Assembly (NCBI GenBank): GCA_947448095.1
Contig: CANFNN010000001.1
Coordinates: 1-32,418 of the forward strand
DNA: 32,418 nt
Direction of reading: 5' to 3'
DNA from: Bacteriovoracaceae bacterium
GTDB lineage: Bacteria > Bdellovibrionota > Bacteriovoracia > Bacteriovoracales > Bacteriovoracaceae
The notes below the pieces were generated by a model. The model searched no databases and had not been told where the DNA came from. It saw nothing but the letters and a program-made list of their open reading frames with translations. The position numbers and the translations under genes are program-made. Shown one piece after another: positions 9,485 to 18,593 of this stretch; positions within the stretch are counted from its first letter, which is position 1; each line of letters begins with the position of its first letter.

Positions 9485-9517
9485 AAAAAAAGCCCTCTTT
9501 AAGAGGGCTTTTTTTTT
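9485..9517. terminator. Bidirectional intrinsic terminator
   Basis: A-run, AGCCCTCT-TTA-AGAGGGCT, T-run, between convergent fliW and the TPR gene. Confidence 0.9.
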
Positions 9518-9534
9518 GCGTATGTATTTAAAAG

Positions 9535-10275
9535 CTATGAAAGAGTAATGGTGGTCTCGGTTGCTCCACGCGAGAGATTCACATACATACTGGCTTCAGC
9601 ATGGTTTGGTTCACGGCTTAAGACATTTTGCCACTCGGCCTGAGCTTCAATTATATTGCCATTACCATAGTAGAGTAAGCCGAGCGCAATTCGTGCAGGC
9701 ATGTAGCCTGGTTGTTCATTTTTTAATCGCTTCAACTCTTCAAAGGCTTTTGAGAGAAAACCTTTTTTTGAATAATTCTTAGAAATCTTGATTCGAATTT
9801 CAAGATTGTCGGGATCAAGGGCCGAAGCCTTATTGTATTCAAATAAAGCTTCATCATGACGGCCATAGGACGCGTACATTTCTGCAATCTCATAGTGCTT
9901 GAGAGAGAATTTCTTATTTAAATGAGGATCCGCTAGGCCATGACCTTGAGAATTTTTAACCTGATTATTGGCCTTCTCAAAGATTGCTTTCGCTTCTTCA
10001 TACTTACCAATATCGTTGTAGATCACAGAAAGTGAAATGGCAGCATCAGTATGGTTTGGTTCAAGCTCCAGAACTCGGCTAAAGGCTTTAATGGCCTTAC
10101 CAAGCTCTCCCCTAAGGTGAAAGACATTTGCCAAATAAAAAAAACCCTCTGTGGAATTAGGGTTTTGTTCAATGACTTCATTAAGCAGAAGACCGGCGGT
10201 CTTTAAGTCATTTTTTTGGAATGCTTCTTTAGCTTTTTTAAGCAAATCATTCATTTTGACGAATTCCAAAAGCAT
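9535..10275 (-). CDS. Tetratricopeptide repeat protein
   Basis: Repeated TPR patterns (YLANVFHLRGELGKAIKAFSRVLELEP; ALGLLYYGNGNIIEAQAEWQNVLSREP). Confidence 0.88.
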   Translation of the reverse strand: MLLEFVKMNDLLKKAKEAFQKNDLKTAGLLLNEVIEQNPNSTEGFFYLANVFHLRGELGKAIKAFSRVLELEPNHTDAAISLSVIYNDIGKYEEAKAIFEKANNQVKNSQGHGLADPHLNKKFSLKHYEIAEMYASYGRHDEALFEYNKASALDPDNLEIRIKISKNYSKKGFLSKAFEELKRLKNEQPGYMPARIALGLLYYGNGNIIEAQAEWQNVLSREPNHAEASMYVNLSRGATETTITLS

Positions 10276-10282
10276 ATCCCTG

Positions 10283-11029
10283 TTAAAGTTCTTTTTTACA
10301 TGCGTGTTTGACTGATTTTATTTCGGACTGTGACTGTTTATCAACCAATTGGTAAAACTTTTCTATGTAATCAAGACAAGGCTGCCATTCCTTAAGCTCT
10401 TGAGTGGCCAAAATCGTTCTTAGCATGGCGTGATTACGGGTCTTTGGATCCTGGTGATTGTCTAAAATATCTAAATACCAGTACCTTGCGGGCGCAAACT
10501 TCTCGGTTTTAAAGTAAAAATCAGCGATATACTCGTCTTTTTGTCTGACCATCTTTTTGGCCTTAAGAATTCGGCTATCAGCATTTAATCGATAGCTAGA
10601 GTCTGGATACTTGGCCACAACTTCTTCATAGTATTTAATTGATTCCATGGCAGGCTCTAAATCACGGTCTATTGTATCGGGAATCTGTTTATAAAAGGAT
10701 TCTGCAATTTTAAAAATGACGTAAGCAATCTTTTCATGCCTCGGATGGAAATCTCGAAAAAGAAGATAGGCTGCGGCCGCCTCAACATAACTTTCTTGCT
10801 CATAAAGAACATCCGCCTGCATAAGTTCAGCGGGAGTTGCATAAAAAGAATAAGGATGCTGAGTTTTAATAATATTTAGCTTCTCAGTGGCCAGAATAAA
10901 CCGCTCAGCCCTGAACAGCTCTTCTGCTTCCTTGAAAAGAACTTCGGCTTCTGTTCTTCCTTTGGGCTTGTCCGATGAACAAGCAGCAACCAATAAAATT
11001 AATACTAAAAACTTCATAAAATGCCTCAT
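10283..11029 (-). CDS. bamD: Outer membrane protein assembly factor BamD
   Basis: Lipobox VAAC, HPYS.YA..AEL..AD..Y, F...HPRH....Y, IDRD, YPDS.Y...A, IADFY.K. Confidence 0.9.
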   Translation of the reverse strand: MRHFMKFLVLILLVAACSSDKPKGRTEAEVLFKEAEELFRAERFILATEKLNIIKTQHPYSFYATPAELMQADVLYEQESYVEAAAAYLLFRDFHPRHEKIAYVIFKIAESFYKQIPDTIDRDLEPAMESIKYYEEVVAKYPDSSYRLNADSRILKAKKMVRQKDEYIADFYFKTEKFAPARYWYLDILDNHQDPKTRNHAMLRTILATQELKEWQPCLDYIEKFYQLVDKQSQSEIKSVKHACKKEL

Positions 11030-12054
11030 GACTGTACCGACAGATCTTTATAAATTTCTTCAAATAATAACTTAAAAAATGCAATAAAAGGGATGATAAC
11101 AATCATTCCCACAACTCCACCGACCTGTCCTCCCACAATAACACTCACGACGACAATAATTGGGTTGAGGTTAACGACCTTGGAAACAAGCAGAGGGAAA
11201 ACTAAGATCATATCGATGAGATTGGCCCCTAAATAAATGAGCGTCATAGCTAGCATCGAAATATTAGGATCATTAGAAAGTAGTGCGACCAAAACCGCTG
11301 GGATAACACCAAGAATAGGGCCAATGTAGGGGAGAATGTTTGTTATTGCAGCAACGAAGCCCAAAACAAATGGGTAGGGAAAATCAATTATCAATAGGCC
11401 TATCGTGATGATGGTTCCCAGTATTGTTGCTTCAATAAACTTGGCAATGATGTATTCCCCGAACTTGGTATTAAACTGTGAAAAAAGAACGTAGGTTTTT
11501 TCAAAAATAGAATTGGGGATTGTGCGCAGAAGATTTCTGCCCACTTTTTTACTTTGAAAAAAGAAAAAATACAAAAACATTGGGACAAGCAAAAGCCACT
11601 CAAAAAAGGAAGATAAATAATCCGGAATTTGGGATAAGAGACTTGCTCCACTCTTCTCCAATTTCTTAACCATAAACGTTACCGGATCAATATTTAGCCG
11701 ATAACCAAATTTTTCAAAAATATAAACCTTAATGGTAAAATACTTTTCTTGAAGGGTTTTCTGAATTTCAGGCAGCTGACTTGCAAACTTACTAAAATCG
11801 GTATCAATATTGTAGAAAGCGGCAAACAAAGGAAAGAGTGAAAAACAAACTCCACAAATTAAAAGCGTAAAGAAAAAGATCCTTTGCTTTTTAGAGCCAG
11901 TCGTTAACAAGGAGGTTAGTGGTTGGGACATGAGGTAAATGATATAGGCAAAACCAAACGGCAGCGTTAAGCGCGGAAATAAAATGGCAAACGCAATACC
12001 TGTAAATAATAGAAAAAAGAATAAAACGAGTTTGATTTTTAAATTACGGTGCAT
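11026..12054 (-). CDS. AI-2E family (PerM-like) transporter
   Basis: Polytopic membrane protein with NILPYIGPILG, P.L....VNLNP......GG..GG.VGM...IP. Confidence 0.9.
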   Translation of the reverse strand: MHRNLKIKLVLFFFLLFTGIAFAILFPRLTLPFGFAYIIYLMSQPLTSLLTTGSKKQRIFFFTLLICGVCFSLFPLFAAFYNIDTDFSKFASQLPEIQKTLQEKYFTIKVYIFEKFGYRLNIDPVTFMVKKLEKSGASLLSQIPDYLSSFFEWLLLVPMFLYFFFFQSKKVGRNLLRTIPNSIFEKTYVLFSQFNTKFGEYIIAKFIEATILGTIITIGLLIIDFPYPFVLGFVAAITNILPYIGPILGVIPAVLVALLSNDPNISMLAMTLIYLGANLIDMILVFPLLVSKVVNLNPIIVVVSVIVGGQVGGVVGMIVIIPFIAFFKLLFEEIYKDLSVQS

Positions 12055-12056
12055 AA

Positions 12057-12668
12057 TTAAACTCGTTGCTCTAATTCTTTAATTTTCTTTTTTAAAGACA
12101 TGATTTCGCGAGTCAACTGGCCCATTCGATTGGCCATAATAAGTGCTGTTTCTCTCAAAAACTTGGCCCCTAAAACGGGATAGAATTCTAACATCTTATC
12201 CAAGTCGGGTTTAAAAATACCCAACAGGACCGTATTCTCGTTGGCAATAACAGTTGCACTACGACGATTAAATTCCTCTAGAAGTCCCATTTCCCCAAAA
12301 TATTGTCGGCGGTCTAGCCTAATTACGAGCTCACCTGGTTCAAGCATATTGTTGTTCAAATGGTTAGCATAAATATTTACTGCGCCTTCAAAGATAAAAT
12401 AAAAACCATAGCCTGAATCACCTTGGCGAAAGATAACTTCATTCGCCATAAATTCTCGTTTATGGAGAAACTTTGTAAATATTCTTATTTCATTATCCGT
12501 GAAGGAATTAAGCACCGTCGTTTTTTTAAAGAAAGCATGGAAATTATCTTTCTTACCAAATGACAAGGGACTCACATCCCATAGGTATTTCAAGAGAGGA
12601 ACGTCCAGTCTGTCGGGAATAATCTCCCCTCTTTGTATTTTTTCCATCATGTCTTTTTCGTAGCTCAT
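12057..12668 (-). CDS. Stand-alone cyclic nucleotide-binding domain protein
   Basis: EVIFRQGD.G.GFYFI.EG.V.I and FGEMGLL....RSATV. Start moved to ATG 12668 (GGAG SD, ATGA overlap with the upstream stop). Confidence 0.88.
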   Translation of the reverse strand: MSYEKDMMEKIQRGEIIPDRLDVPLLKYLWDVSPLSFGKKDNFHAFFKKTTVLNSFTDNEIRIFTKFLHKREFMANEVIFRQGDSGYGFYFIFEGAVNIYANHLNNNMLEPGELVIRLDRRQYFGEMGLLEEFNRRSATVIANENTVLLGIFKPDLDKMLEFYPVLGAKFLRETALIMANRMGQLTREIMSLKKKIKELEQRV

Positions 12669-13300
12669 TTTAACTCCAAACTTTTCAGATCTTCTGGTTT
12701 TATCCATCCTGCAAACCTAGAGGGATAAACAACTTCTTCCCAACCATCTCTTTTGTTAGAAATAATCATTAATCCCTGTGGTAACTCTCCAATAGGTCCA
12801 AATACGGCCGATGGGCCTTCATAAATAACTTTATTAGAGGTGACAATTTTGCGAGGCCACGCATCAATCCACAAATCTAACATGAGAGGCGCAGAAACAG
12901 CGACAACAAAGATTATGGCGGATTTCAGAGAAGGCTTTTTTTTCAACAAGTATATTCCAACTGCGAGAATTAGGAATCCGAGTGTCACAAGAGGTCCGTC
13001 CGCAGCGATGATACTCGATTTGATAAGATAGTCAGAAGTACTCAACGGCTTTTCAAGACGGGTAATATCTAATTTCTCTTCGACCAGAAGAAGATTCTGA
13101 TTAAGTTGTTGAGTATTAAGTCCACTTTTATCGGCCAAAATAAAATGAAAACGGGCCATCGGCCAATTATTCATCTCCGCAAGAACTGTTCCCATATTGT
13201 AATGCCATAAACCAAGATCAATATCTTTTTGGTGGGCTGCAAGAGTTTTAAGAGCACTAGCATAATCCTTTTTGAGATAAAATCCCTCAAAGGTTTTCAA
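12665..13300 (-). CDS. BatE-like TPR + two TM + SH3-like protein
   Basis: YNMG...A...F TPR, two hydrophobic helices, C-terminal YEGPS..F....ELP.G....DGW..V.....GWI. Exact start uncertain. Confidence 0.7.
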   Translation of the reverse strand: MKTFEGFYLKKDYASALKTLAAHQKDIDLGLWHYNMGTVLAEMNNWPMARFHFILADKSGLNTQQLNQNLLLVEEKLDITRLEKPLSTSDYLIKSSIIAADGPLVTLGFLILAVGIYLLKKKPSLKSAIIFVVAVSAPLMLDLWIDAWPRKIVTSNKVIYEGPSAVFGPIGELPQGLMIISNKRDGWEEVVYPSRFAGWIKPEDLKSLELK

Positions 13301-13380
13301 GGCGTTTTCTATAGTAGTATCCTCCAGAATGTACCTTATTATCCCTCAGCGCTTTGAAGTAAATCAAGGATAACAGTAGA

Positions 13381-14085
13381 ATGACACCGCGGATAAATGA
13401 ATCAAATCAACAAACTGCTCTTTCTGGGTTTTCTGCGCAATTATTATCCCAAGCTCAAAACAAAAAAATGGCTTATCAGATGAATGGTAGTAGTCCATTG
13501 TTTCAACTTTTACATCCTGCCTTAATTAAGTGCACCCAAATATTTGAAAATTCCCCCAATGATCTGGTTTTTCGTACGCAGTCCTCGGGTTGGAATATAG
13601 TCAGCTATAAAAACATCCAGGAAGCGACCCAAAATACTCATAAGCTTAAAATTTATGGTGGCTATCCCTACGACATTGGCCTATTCATTCAAGAGAGCCC
13701 TTTAGAGGCGCTGATTGATTTTGATATTTTGGGCACGATTCACCTGTTTAAGGGTGAGCCACTTGGATCTGTTCCCAAAAAAATTGATCTGCATCATTAT
13801 CTTTTACCCTTGTGGTTGGATTATGCGTTAAGCCCCGAATTATGGGGACCGTCAGGTAAATGGACCCGCTTTCACCGCGAGCTTCATACCCTTTTTGATC
13901 ATTATGGTTTATTTATAGACAAGGATTTTCCTGGATTTTATCCACTTAAGCGTGAAGCGAAATGGCTCTCTGAACAGGGATTTCATGGCCGACTCACGAG
14001 TACAAATTTTGACTTAATTCCAACCTGGGACTTTCCACTTTCGGGCCTCGTTGAATTAAAGACAGCACTGGCGCGGGGGCCATAA
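13381..14085 (+). CDS. Hypothetical protein, possibly a degenerate class III aminotransferase remnant
   Basis: 234-aa ORF ending 1 nt before astA. Only a weak resemblance in its C-terminal part. Confidence 0.55.
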   Translation: MTPRINESNQQTALSGFSAQLLSQAQNKKMAYQMNGSSPLFQLLHPALIKCTQIFENSPNDLVFRTQSSGWNIVSYKNIQEATQNTHKLKIYGGYPYDIGLFIQESPLEALIDFDILGTIHLFKGEPLGSVPKKIDLHHYLLPLWLDYALSPELWGPSGKWTRFHRELHTLFDHYGLFIDKDFPGFYPLKREAKWLSEQGFHGRLTSTNFDLIPTWDFPLSGLVELKTALARGP

Positions 14086-14086
14086 A

Positions 14087-15112
14087 ATGTTTATTTTGAG
14101 ATCAGTACAGCCTAAAGACCTAAAAGACCTCTACAAGCTGAGCAATATTATGACTTTCATAAATCTTCCACCTGACGAAGATCTTATTAGTGCCAAAATT
14201 GATAGCTCAATTAAAAGTTTTCACAATCCGAGTAAAAAATTGTGGGAAAACTACTATATTTTTGTTCTTGAAGATCAGGCGAGCAATGAAGTGCTTGGTG
14301 TTTCAATGATTCATGCTCAACACGGAACGGAGAATGAGCCTCATTTTTATTTATCAGTGGGGCAAGAATCTAAATTTTCTCAAACAATCAATACCGGTTT
14401 TGTTCATGGAACGTTAAAACTTGGTTTTGACACGAACGGGCCAACAGAAATTGGGGGATTAATTCTTAATCCTGAATTTCGTGCACACCAGGAAAAACTA
14501 GGCAAACAATTATCATTTGTTCGATTTCTTTATATGGCCGATCATGCGGACCGCTTTAAGGCTATGATTCATTCTGAATTGGTTCCACCTCTAGATAAAT
14601 TTGGAAATTCTCCACTCTGGGAAGCTGTTGGACGAAGATTTTTTAATATGAATTATCATGAAGCAGATATCCTCAGCCGCAGTAATAAAGAATTTATTCT
14701 AAGCTTGTTTCCCTCTGAAAATATTTATCAAACTCTTCTTCCTATGGAGGCAAGAGAGTCTATTGGAAAAGTGGGGAAAGAAACTGAACCTGTTAAAAGA
14801 ATGCTCGAAAATATTGGCTTCAAATACACCTTTGAGGTAGACCCTTTTGACGGTGGTCCACATTACCGATGCCCCTTAAAAGACATCAAACCAATCAAAG
14901 AAAAAATTACGGGTCAACTAGTGGCAGATCGGTTTGATAGTTCTGAATCAAGCGAAGCTCTGATACATGTGCAACATTCAGATTATGATTTTTTTGCTGT
15001 GAAAGCTCAGCTACAAGTTCATGAAGATGGCAAAATTTCTATGGATCCGGAGGTAGTAAAAAAACTTGGGCTGGTTTTGCCTCAAAAAATAAGTGCTATA
15101 CCCTTCAATTAA
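14087..15112 (+). CDS. astA: Arginine N-succinyltransferase
   Basis: LPPD...L..KI..S..SF, EIGGLIL.P.FR, GKQLS..RFL, SPLWEAVGR.FF.M.Y.EAD.LS..KEFI, L..IGF.Y...VDPFDGGP. Confidence 0.92.
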   Translation: MFILRSVQPKDLKDLYKLSNIMTFINLPPDEDLISAKIDSSIKSFHNPSKKLWENYYIFVLEDQASNEVLGVSMIHAQHGTENEPHFYLSVGQESKFSQTINTGFVHGTLKLGFDTNGPTEIGGLILNPEFRAHQEKLGKQLSFVRFLYMADHADRFKAMIHSELVPPLDKFGNSPLWEAVGRRFFNMNYHEADILSRSNKEFILSLFPSENIYQTLLPMEARESIGKVGKETEPVKRMLENIGFKYTFEVDPFDGGPHYRCPLKDIKPIKEKITGQLVADRFDSSESSEALIHVQHSDYDFFAVKAQLQVHEDGKISMDPEVVKKLGLVLPQKISAIPFN

Positions 15113-15594
15113 GCCTGCTTCTTATTCACTAACACACCGTTAGTAGAGGCAAATCTGAATTTTTCCTTACCTTCAACGGCTGAAGTCTTAACGATGTAGA
15201 CATCTGATGACTTAGCATATTCTTTTGCCCCATTTTTCTTAAAAGCGGGGTCTGACAAATCTTTGCCCAACTCGCGGCCCCAAAGCATTAACTCAGTAGA
15301 TTGAATATTGATTTGGGGTTCTGTAGGCTTTATGGCTTCACCTGCTAAGGGGCGTGAATCGATAACCTGTTCAAATTCACTTATGGGCTTTTTGAATGGA
15401 AGGACCTTGGCCAGAACTGGATCTGCTGCCACCGGAGTTTGCTCCGCTGGTCCTGAAGCATCGTCCCAAACGACCAAATCCTCTCCTGCAACCTTTTTTA
15501 GCATTACAGGCTTAACGAGGGCTGCCCGAGACAATTTTAGTATCTCTTCTAGACCTATAATTCTTAAGGCATTTAGAACAAATGATTTGGCCAC
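15109..15594 (-). CDS. Hypothetical protein with a sigma-28-type promoter
   Basis: GTG start with purine-rich SD (AAGGAAGGGG); its stop overlaps the astA stop; no recognisable domain. Confidence 0.7.
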   Translation of the reverse strand: MAKSFVLNALRIIGLEEILKLSRAALVKPVMLKKVAGEDLVVWDDASGPAEQTPVAADPVLAKVLPFKKPISEFEQVIDSRPLAGEAIKPTEPQINIQSTELMLWGRELGKDLSDPAFKKNGAKEYAKSSDVYIVKTSAVEGKEKFRFASTNGVLVNKKQA

Positions 15595-15614
15595 GAAAGT
15601 CCCCTTCCTTGACT

Positions 15615-15642
15615 ATATCGGTCAACCTCTTTAGAAACTTGA
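15615..15642 (-). promoter_or_regulatory. Sigma-28 (FliA)-type promoter
   Basis: Minus strand TCAAG-N15-ACCGATAT, about 20 nt upstream of the 15594 start. Confidence 0.65.
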
Positions 15643-15688
15643 GATTTTTAATAAGGTTTCTTTGAAGATAAACCTTTTAAAAGATGTC

Positions 15689-15717
15689 TGGACAAATAAA
15701 ATGCTGAGGTTTATAAA
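15689..15717 (+). promoter_or_regulatory. Probable sigma-70 promoter for tRNA-Asn
   Basis: TGGACA-N17-TATAAA, ending 23 nt before the tRNA. Confidence 0.55.
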
Positions 15718-15740
15718 ATTACAGACCTTTTGACTATTGT

Positions 15741-15816
15741 TGGGGAGTGGCGCAGTTGGTAGCGCAGCAGACTGTTAATCTGTTGGTCGTCGGTTCGAGT
15801 CCGACCTTCCCAGCCA
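15741..15816 (+). tRNA. tRNA-Asn (GTT)
   Basis: 76-nt cloverleaf: acceptor TGGGGAG/CTTCCCA, D-arm GCGC-AGTTGGTA-GCGC, anticodon loop CTGTTAA, T-arm GTCGG-TTCGAGT-CCGAC, G discriminator, encoded CCA. Confidence 0.98.
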
Positions 15817-15822
15817 CTTTAT

Positions 15823-17061
15823 ATGCAATTTTCTCCTACAATATATGCGCGTCTAAAGTCCCGCTTGAAACGACGCTACTCTTATAAGCTTCAATCTGTA
15901 GTAAAATCTCTTAAAATTTATCCCAAATCCAAAACTGCTCATTGGATTAAAATTCATAATACTGAATTAAAAGATTTCACCCCACAGAGATGGTTTTTCA
16001 TTCAACAGCTTGAAACCTTGATCTTTTTTCTATCCCAAAAATCAGATGTCGAAAATGCCGAGATTTTTTCAGAGCAAGATGATTTGATTTTTGAAAGATG
16101 GAACAGTAGTGAGTTTGCAGACATCTTTCTAAGATTTCTTAACAAAAGACTTTCTCTTGTAAATGCCTCCAAAGAAACTGCAAACGTTTTTGACGAACAT
16201 TTGGTTTGTCTGGGAAACTTTCATTTATTGAAAATTCAAAGCTCTCAAAAAAACTATCGACTCCAACCCTCTTTAGGTGATGTAAAAAAGCAAAGTATCG
16301 TTTCCAAACTTTTAGAAATCACACTAAATCTTGATGGTAAGGAGATTCATCTTTTATCTTCCAATTTAAAAGAGATGAGAAAATTCTCGACCAAAATAGA
16401 AGTCGCCTCTAGAGTTATCAAAAAATTCTCACCTGATTCCTGGGAGCGTTTTGTAGCGTTTACAGAAATCATTATACCTATTAAGCAAAAAGAACTTGTC
16501 AGTTACTCACACCAAGACTTGCCTGGAACATCTATGATTAATCTTTTTCATAGAGATTTTGTAGATCTTTTAGATGACCTAATTCATGAAAATGGACATC
16601 ATCATTTAAACTATTATCTTAATCTTCAGGTTTTAATTCAGGAACCGCTTGAATGTATTTACTATAGTCCTTGGCGAAGGACACTGAGACCACTCAGAGG
16701 AATCTATCACGCTTATTTCACATTTTTTTGGGCGTTTAAGCTCTTCTCGGATATGTCCAGTGCCAAGGAAATGGATTCAATTTGGTATCTTTTTTCTCTT
16801 GAAGAAAAAGAAAAAATTATCTGGAGAACTGTCGAAGAATACTGGATGCTTGATTACGCATTTTCTGACCTACAATGGGCAAGAAAACAGGGATTGATTT
16901 CGGATTTAGGTTGGGACTTGATTAAAGAACAAAGAGCGAAAGTTTTTAAATTACGAAATAAAATTTCAATTTTTGAAAAATCTCTCAAACAATATAAATC
17001 GGAACTTCGAGATCTTAAAAAAGATTTAAGTAACGCCAGAAAATACTATAAAAAAGTCTAA
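15823..17061 (+). CDS. aKG-HExxH-type putative peptide modification enzyme (beta-hydroxylase family)
   Basis: DDLIHENGHHHL (HExxH at 16585-16599), SPWRRTLRPLRGIYHAY (PWRxxxRP plus third His), and upstream SYS...LPG. Confidence 0.82.
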   Translation: MQFSPTIYARLKSRLKRRYSYKLQSVVKSLKIYPKSKTAHWIKIHNTELKDFTPQRWFFIQQLETLIFFLSQKSDVENAEIFSEQDDLIFERWNSSEFADIFLRFLNKRLSLVNASKETANVFDEHLVCLGNFHLLKIQSSQKNYRLQPSLGDVKKQSIVSKLLEITLNLDGKEIHLLSSNLKEMRKFSTKIEVASRVIKKFSPDSWERFVAFTEIIIPIKQKELVSYSHQDLPGTSMINLFHRDFVDLLDDLIHENGHHHLNYYLNLQVLIQEPLECIYYSPWRRTLRPLRGIYHAYFTFFWAFKLFSDMSSAKEMDSIWYLFSLEEKEKIIWRTVEEYWMLDYAFSDLQWARKQGLISDLGWDLIKEQRAKVFKLRNKISIFEKSLKQYKSELRDLKKDLSNARKYYKKV

Positions 17062-18590
17062 AGGTTTTGAAGCTCAAATTGCATTTGATTCGCAGGCATA
17101 AGATCACCTTTTTTGGCGGCAATAACTATACCCTGTTTCCAGGATTCTTCAGCTTTCTCTTTTAGCCCCAAGCCTTTATAGGCCTTCCCCAAAGATAAAT
17201 AAGCTACGGAGTAATTCTCATCAGCTTGAACAACTTTTTCGAGGTAAGAGACTGCTGCTGCCCAATCGCTTCGCTCAACTGCAATAGAGCCTAAGCCGTA
17301 ATTGGCCAGAGTATCTTCTTCATCTATTTCCAAAACCTGTTTGAACATATCTTCGCGTTTCGCCCATTCAGCTTCCTGAGCAAGCTTTTCTTTAAGGAGA
17401 AGATCCTTCAGTTTTGCATCATCCCCAAACTTCTGAAATGATTTGATGGTTGCAAATGACTTCTGTTCCTCTGCTTCTTCAATTTTTCCCATTTTCATTA
17501 AGAAAAGAGATTTATTGGTATGGGCCAAAACCGAAGTCGGATCAATTTTAGTGAGTTGATCCATTAGTTCGATGGCTTCTGGGAAACGATTTAAACGGCC
17601 TAAAATAACTCCCAGGGTTTCATAGGCGTCGGCAAAATCAGAATTTAATTCAAGTGAAACTTTAAGCAATTTCTCAGTATTTTGGTAATCATCCACTTTA
17701 AATGCATCAATGGCAGCATAGTACAGTTCAAGGGCTTTCTCTTTTTTTGAACCTGTCAGCATGGGATAGTACTTAACCACTGAATCAGTTTCAGAACCAT
17801 CTTTTGTGAACCGTAGCTTCATTTCAGCAACTCTAAAATCTCTAAGAAGTTTTGCCGAAGAATAATACTGACCACTCCATTCTACACAATGGTCTATTTC
17901 TCCAATTTTTTTATCGAAAATATAAATTGGCCCAGGGGTTTGGTGAGTCTTTGTTTCCAAAAGTACGGGACTGAAAGCAGCTCCTCGGCGAGTGGCAATT
18001 TTAGAAACAGTTTCTTGGCCTGGATAACAGCCCTTATTCATGGTCAAACTCAAATCAAATAATCTGAGATTATTTAAAATCTCTGAAACAAATCCATCCC
18101 CACTTAAGTCAGGCGATCCATTTAAAAAACGCCATAACTCAATTTCATTAGCAGGAATTGACGGAGTGACCTGACTCAACTGCTGCCCTAAAATTGCTGG
18201 CTCCTCAAATAAGCTACCTTGAAAACTTGTAGCGACTGAGTACTCATAGGCTTTGGGGCCAATAATAACTGTCCACTCTTGAATGCCCAAAGCATTAATC
18301 GTGACATCTTCAGAAATAAGAAATTTCTCAAGACGAACATGCGCTTGGTCCGCTAATTTTAGTGGAGTTAAAAGTAAAACTTCGCTCGGGGTCTTAAGTG
18401 CCCAACAATAAAAATCAACTTTTGCACTTGAGTCCAAAAAGCTTATCAGATGATATTCATACTCTTTGAGACTTTTAAAATTATAAGTGGACTGGCTTTG
18501 AAGAAAAAAATCCACATCTTCTCCGTTCAATCGATAGACAAAAAACGGATGAATAAATTGACCAGCAGAATAACGGTAACTATCTAGCAT
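17058..18590 (-). CDS. YgfZ-like folate-binding protein fused to C-terminal TPR repeats
   Basis: L.GED...FLQSQST, YgfZ signature KGCYPGQE, then about 230 aa of TPR repeats. Confidence 0.88.
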   Translation of the reverse strand: MLDSYRYSAGQFIHPFFVYRLNGEDVDFFLQSQSTYNFKSLKEYEYHLISFLDSSAKVDFYCWALKTPSEVLLLTPLKLADQAHVRLEKFLISEDVTINALGIQEWTVIIGPKAYEYSVATSFQGSLFEEPAILGQQLSQVTPSIPANEIELWRFLNGSPDLSGDGFVSEILNNLRLFDLSLTMNKGCYPGQETVSKIATRRGAAFSPVLLETKTHQTPGPIYIFDKKIGEIDHCVEWSGQYYSSAKLLRDFRVAEMKLRFTKDGSETDSVVKYYPMLTGSKKEKALELYYAAIDAFKVDDYQNTEKLLKVSLELNSDFADAYETLGVILGRLNRFPEAIELMDQLTKIDPTSVLAHTNKSLFLMKMGKIEEAEEQKSFATIKSFQKFGDDAKLKDLLLKEKLAQEAEWAKREDMFKQVLEIDEEDTLANYGLGSIAVERSDWAAAVSYLEKVVQADENYSVAYLSLGKAYKGLGLKEKAEESWKQGIVIAAKKGDLMPANQMQFELQNL

Positions 18591-18593
18591 AAA

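Noticed and set aside
15109-15634. 161-aa ORF or the opposite 108-aa ORF as the RiPP precursor for the HExxH enzyme
   Set aside because: Neither has a leader/core layout or recognisable precursor motif. The 108-aa plus-strand ORF is a shadow of the minus-strand gene, which has both SD and promoter.
15741-17061. tRNA-anchored genomic island carrying the HExxH gene
   Set aside because: No integrase and no duplicated tRNA 3' end found by eye. The gene's stop overlaps a housekeeping-type gene. It looks AT-rich, but GC content was not computed.
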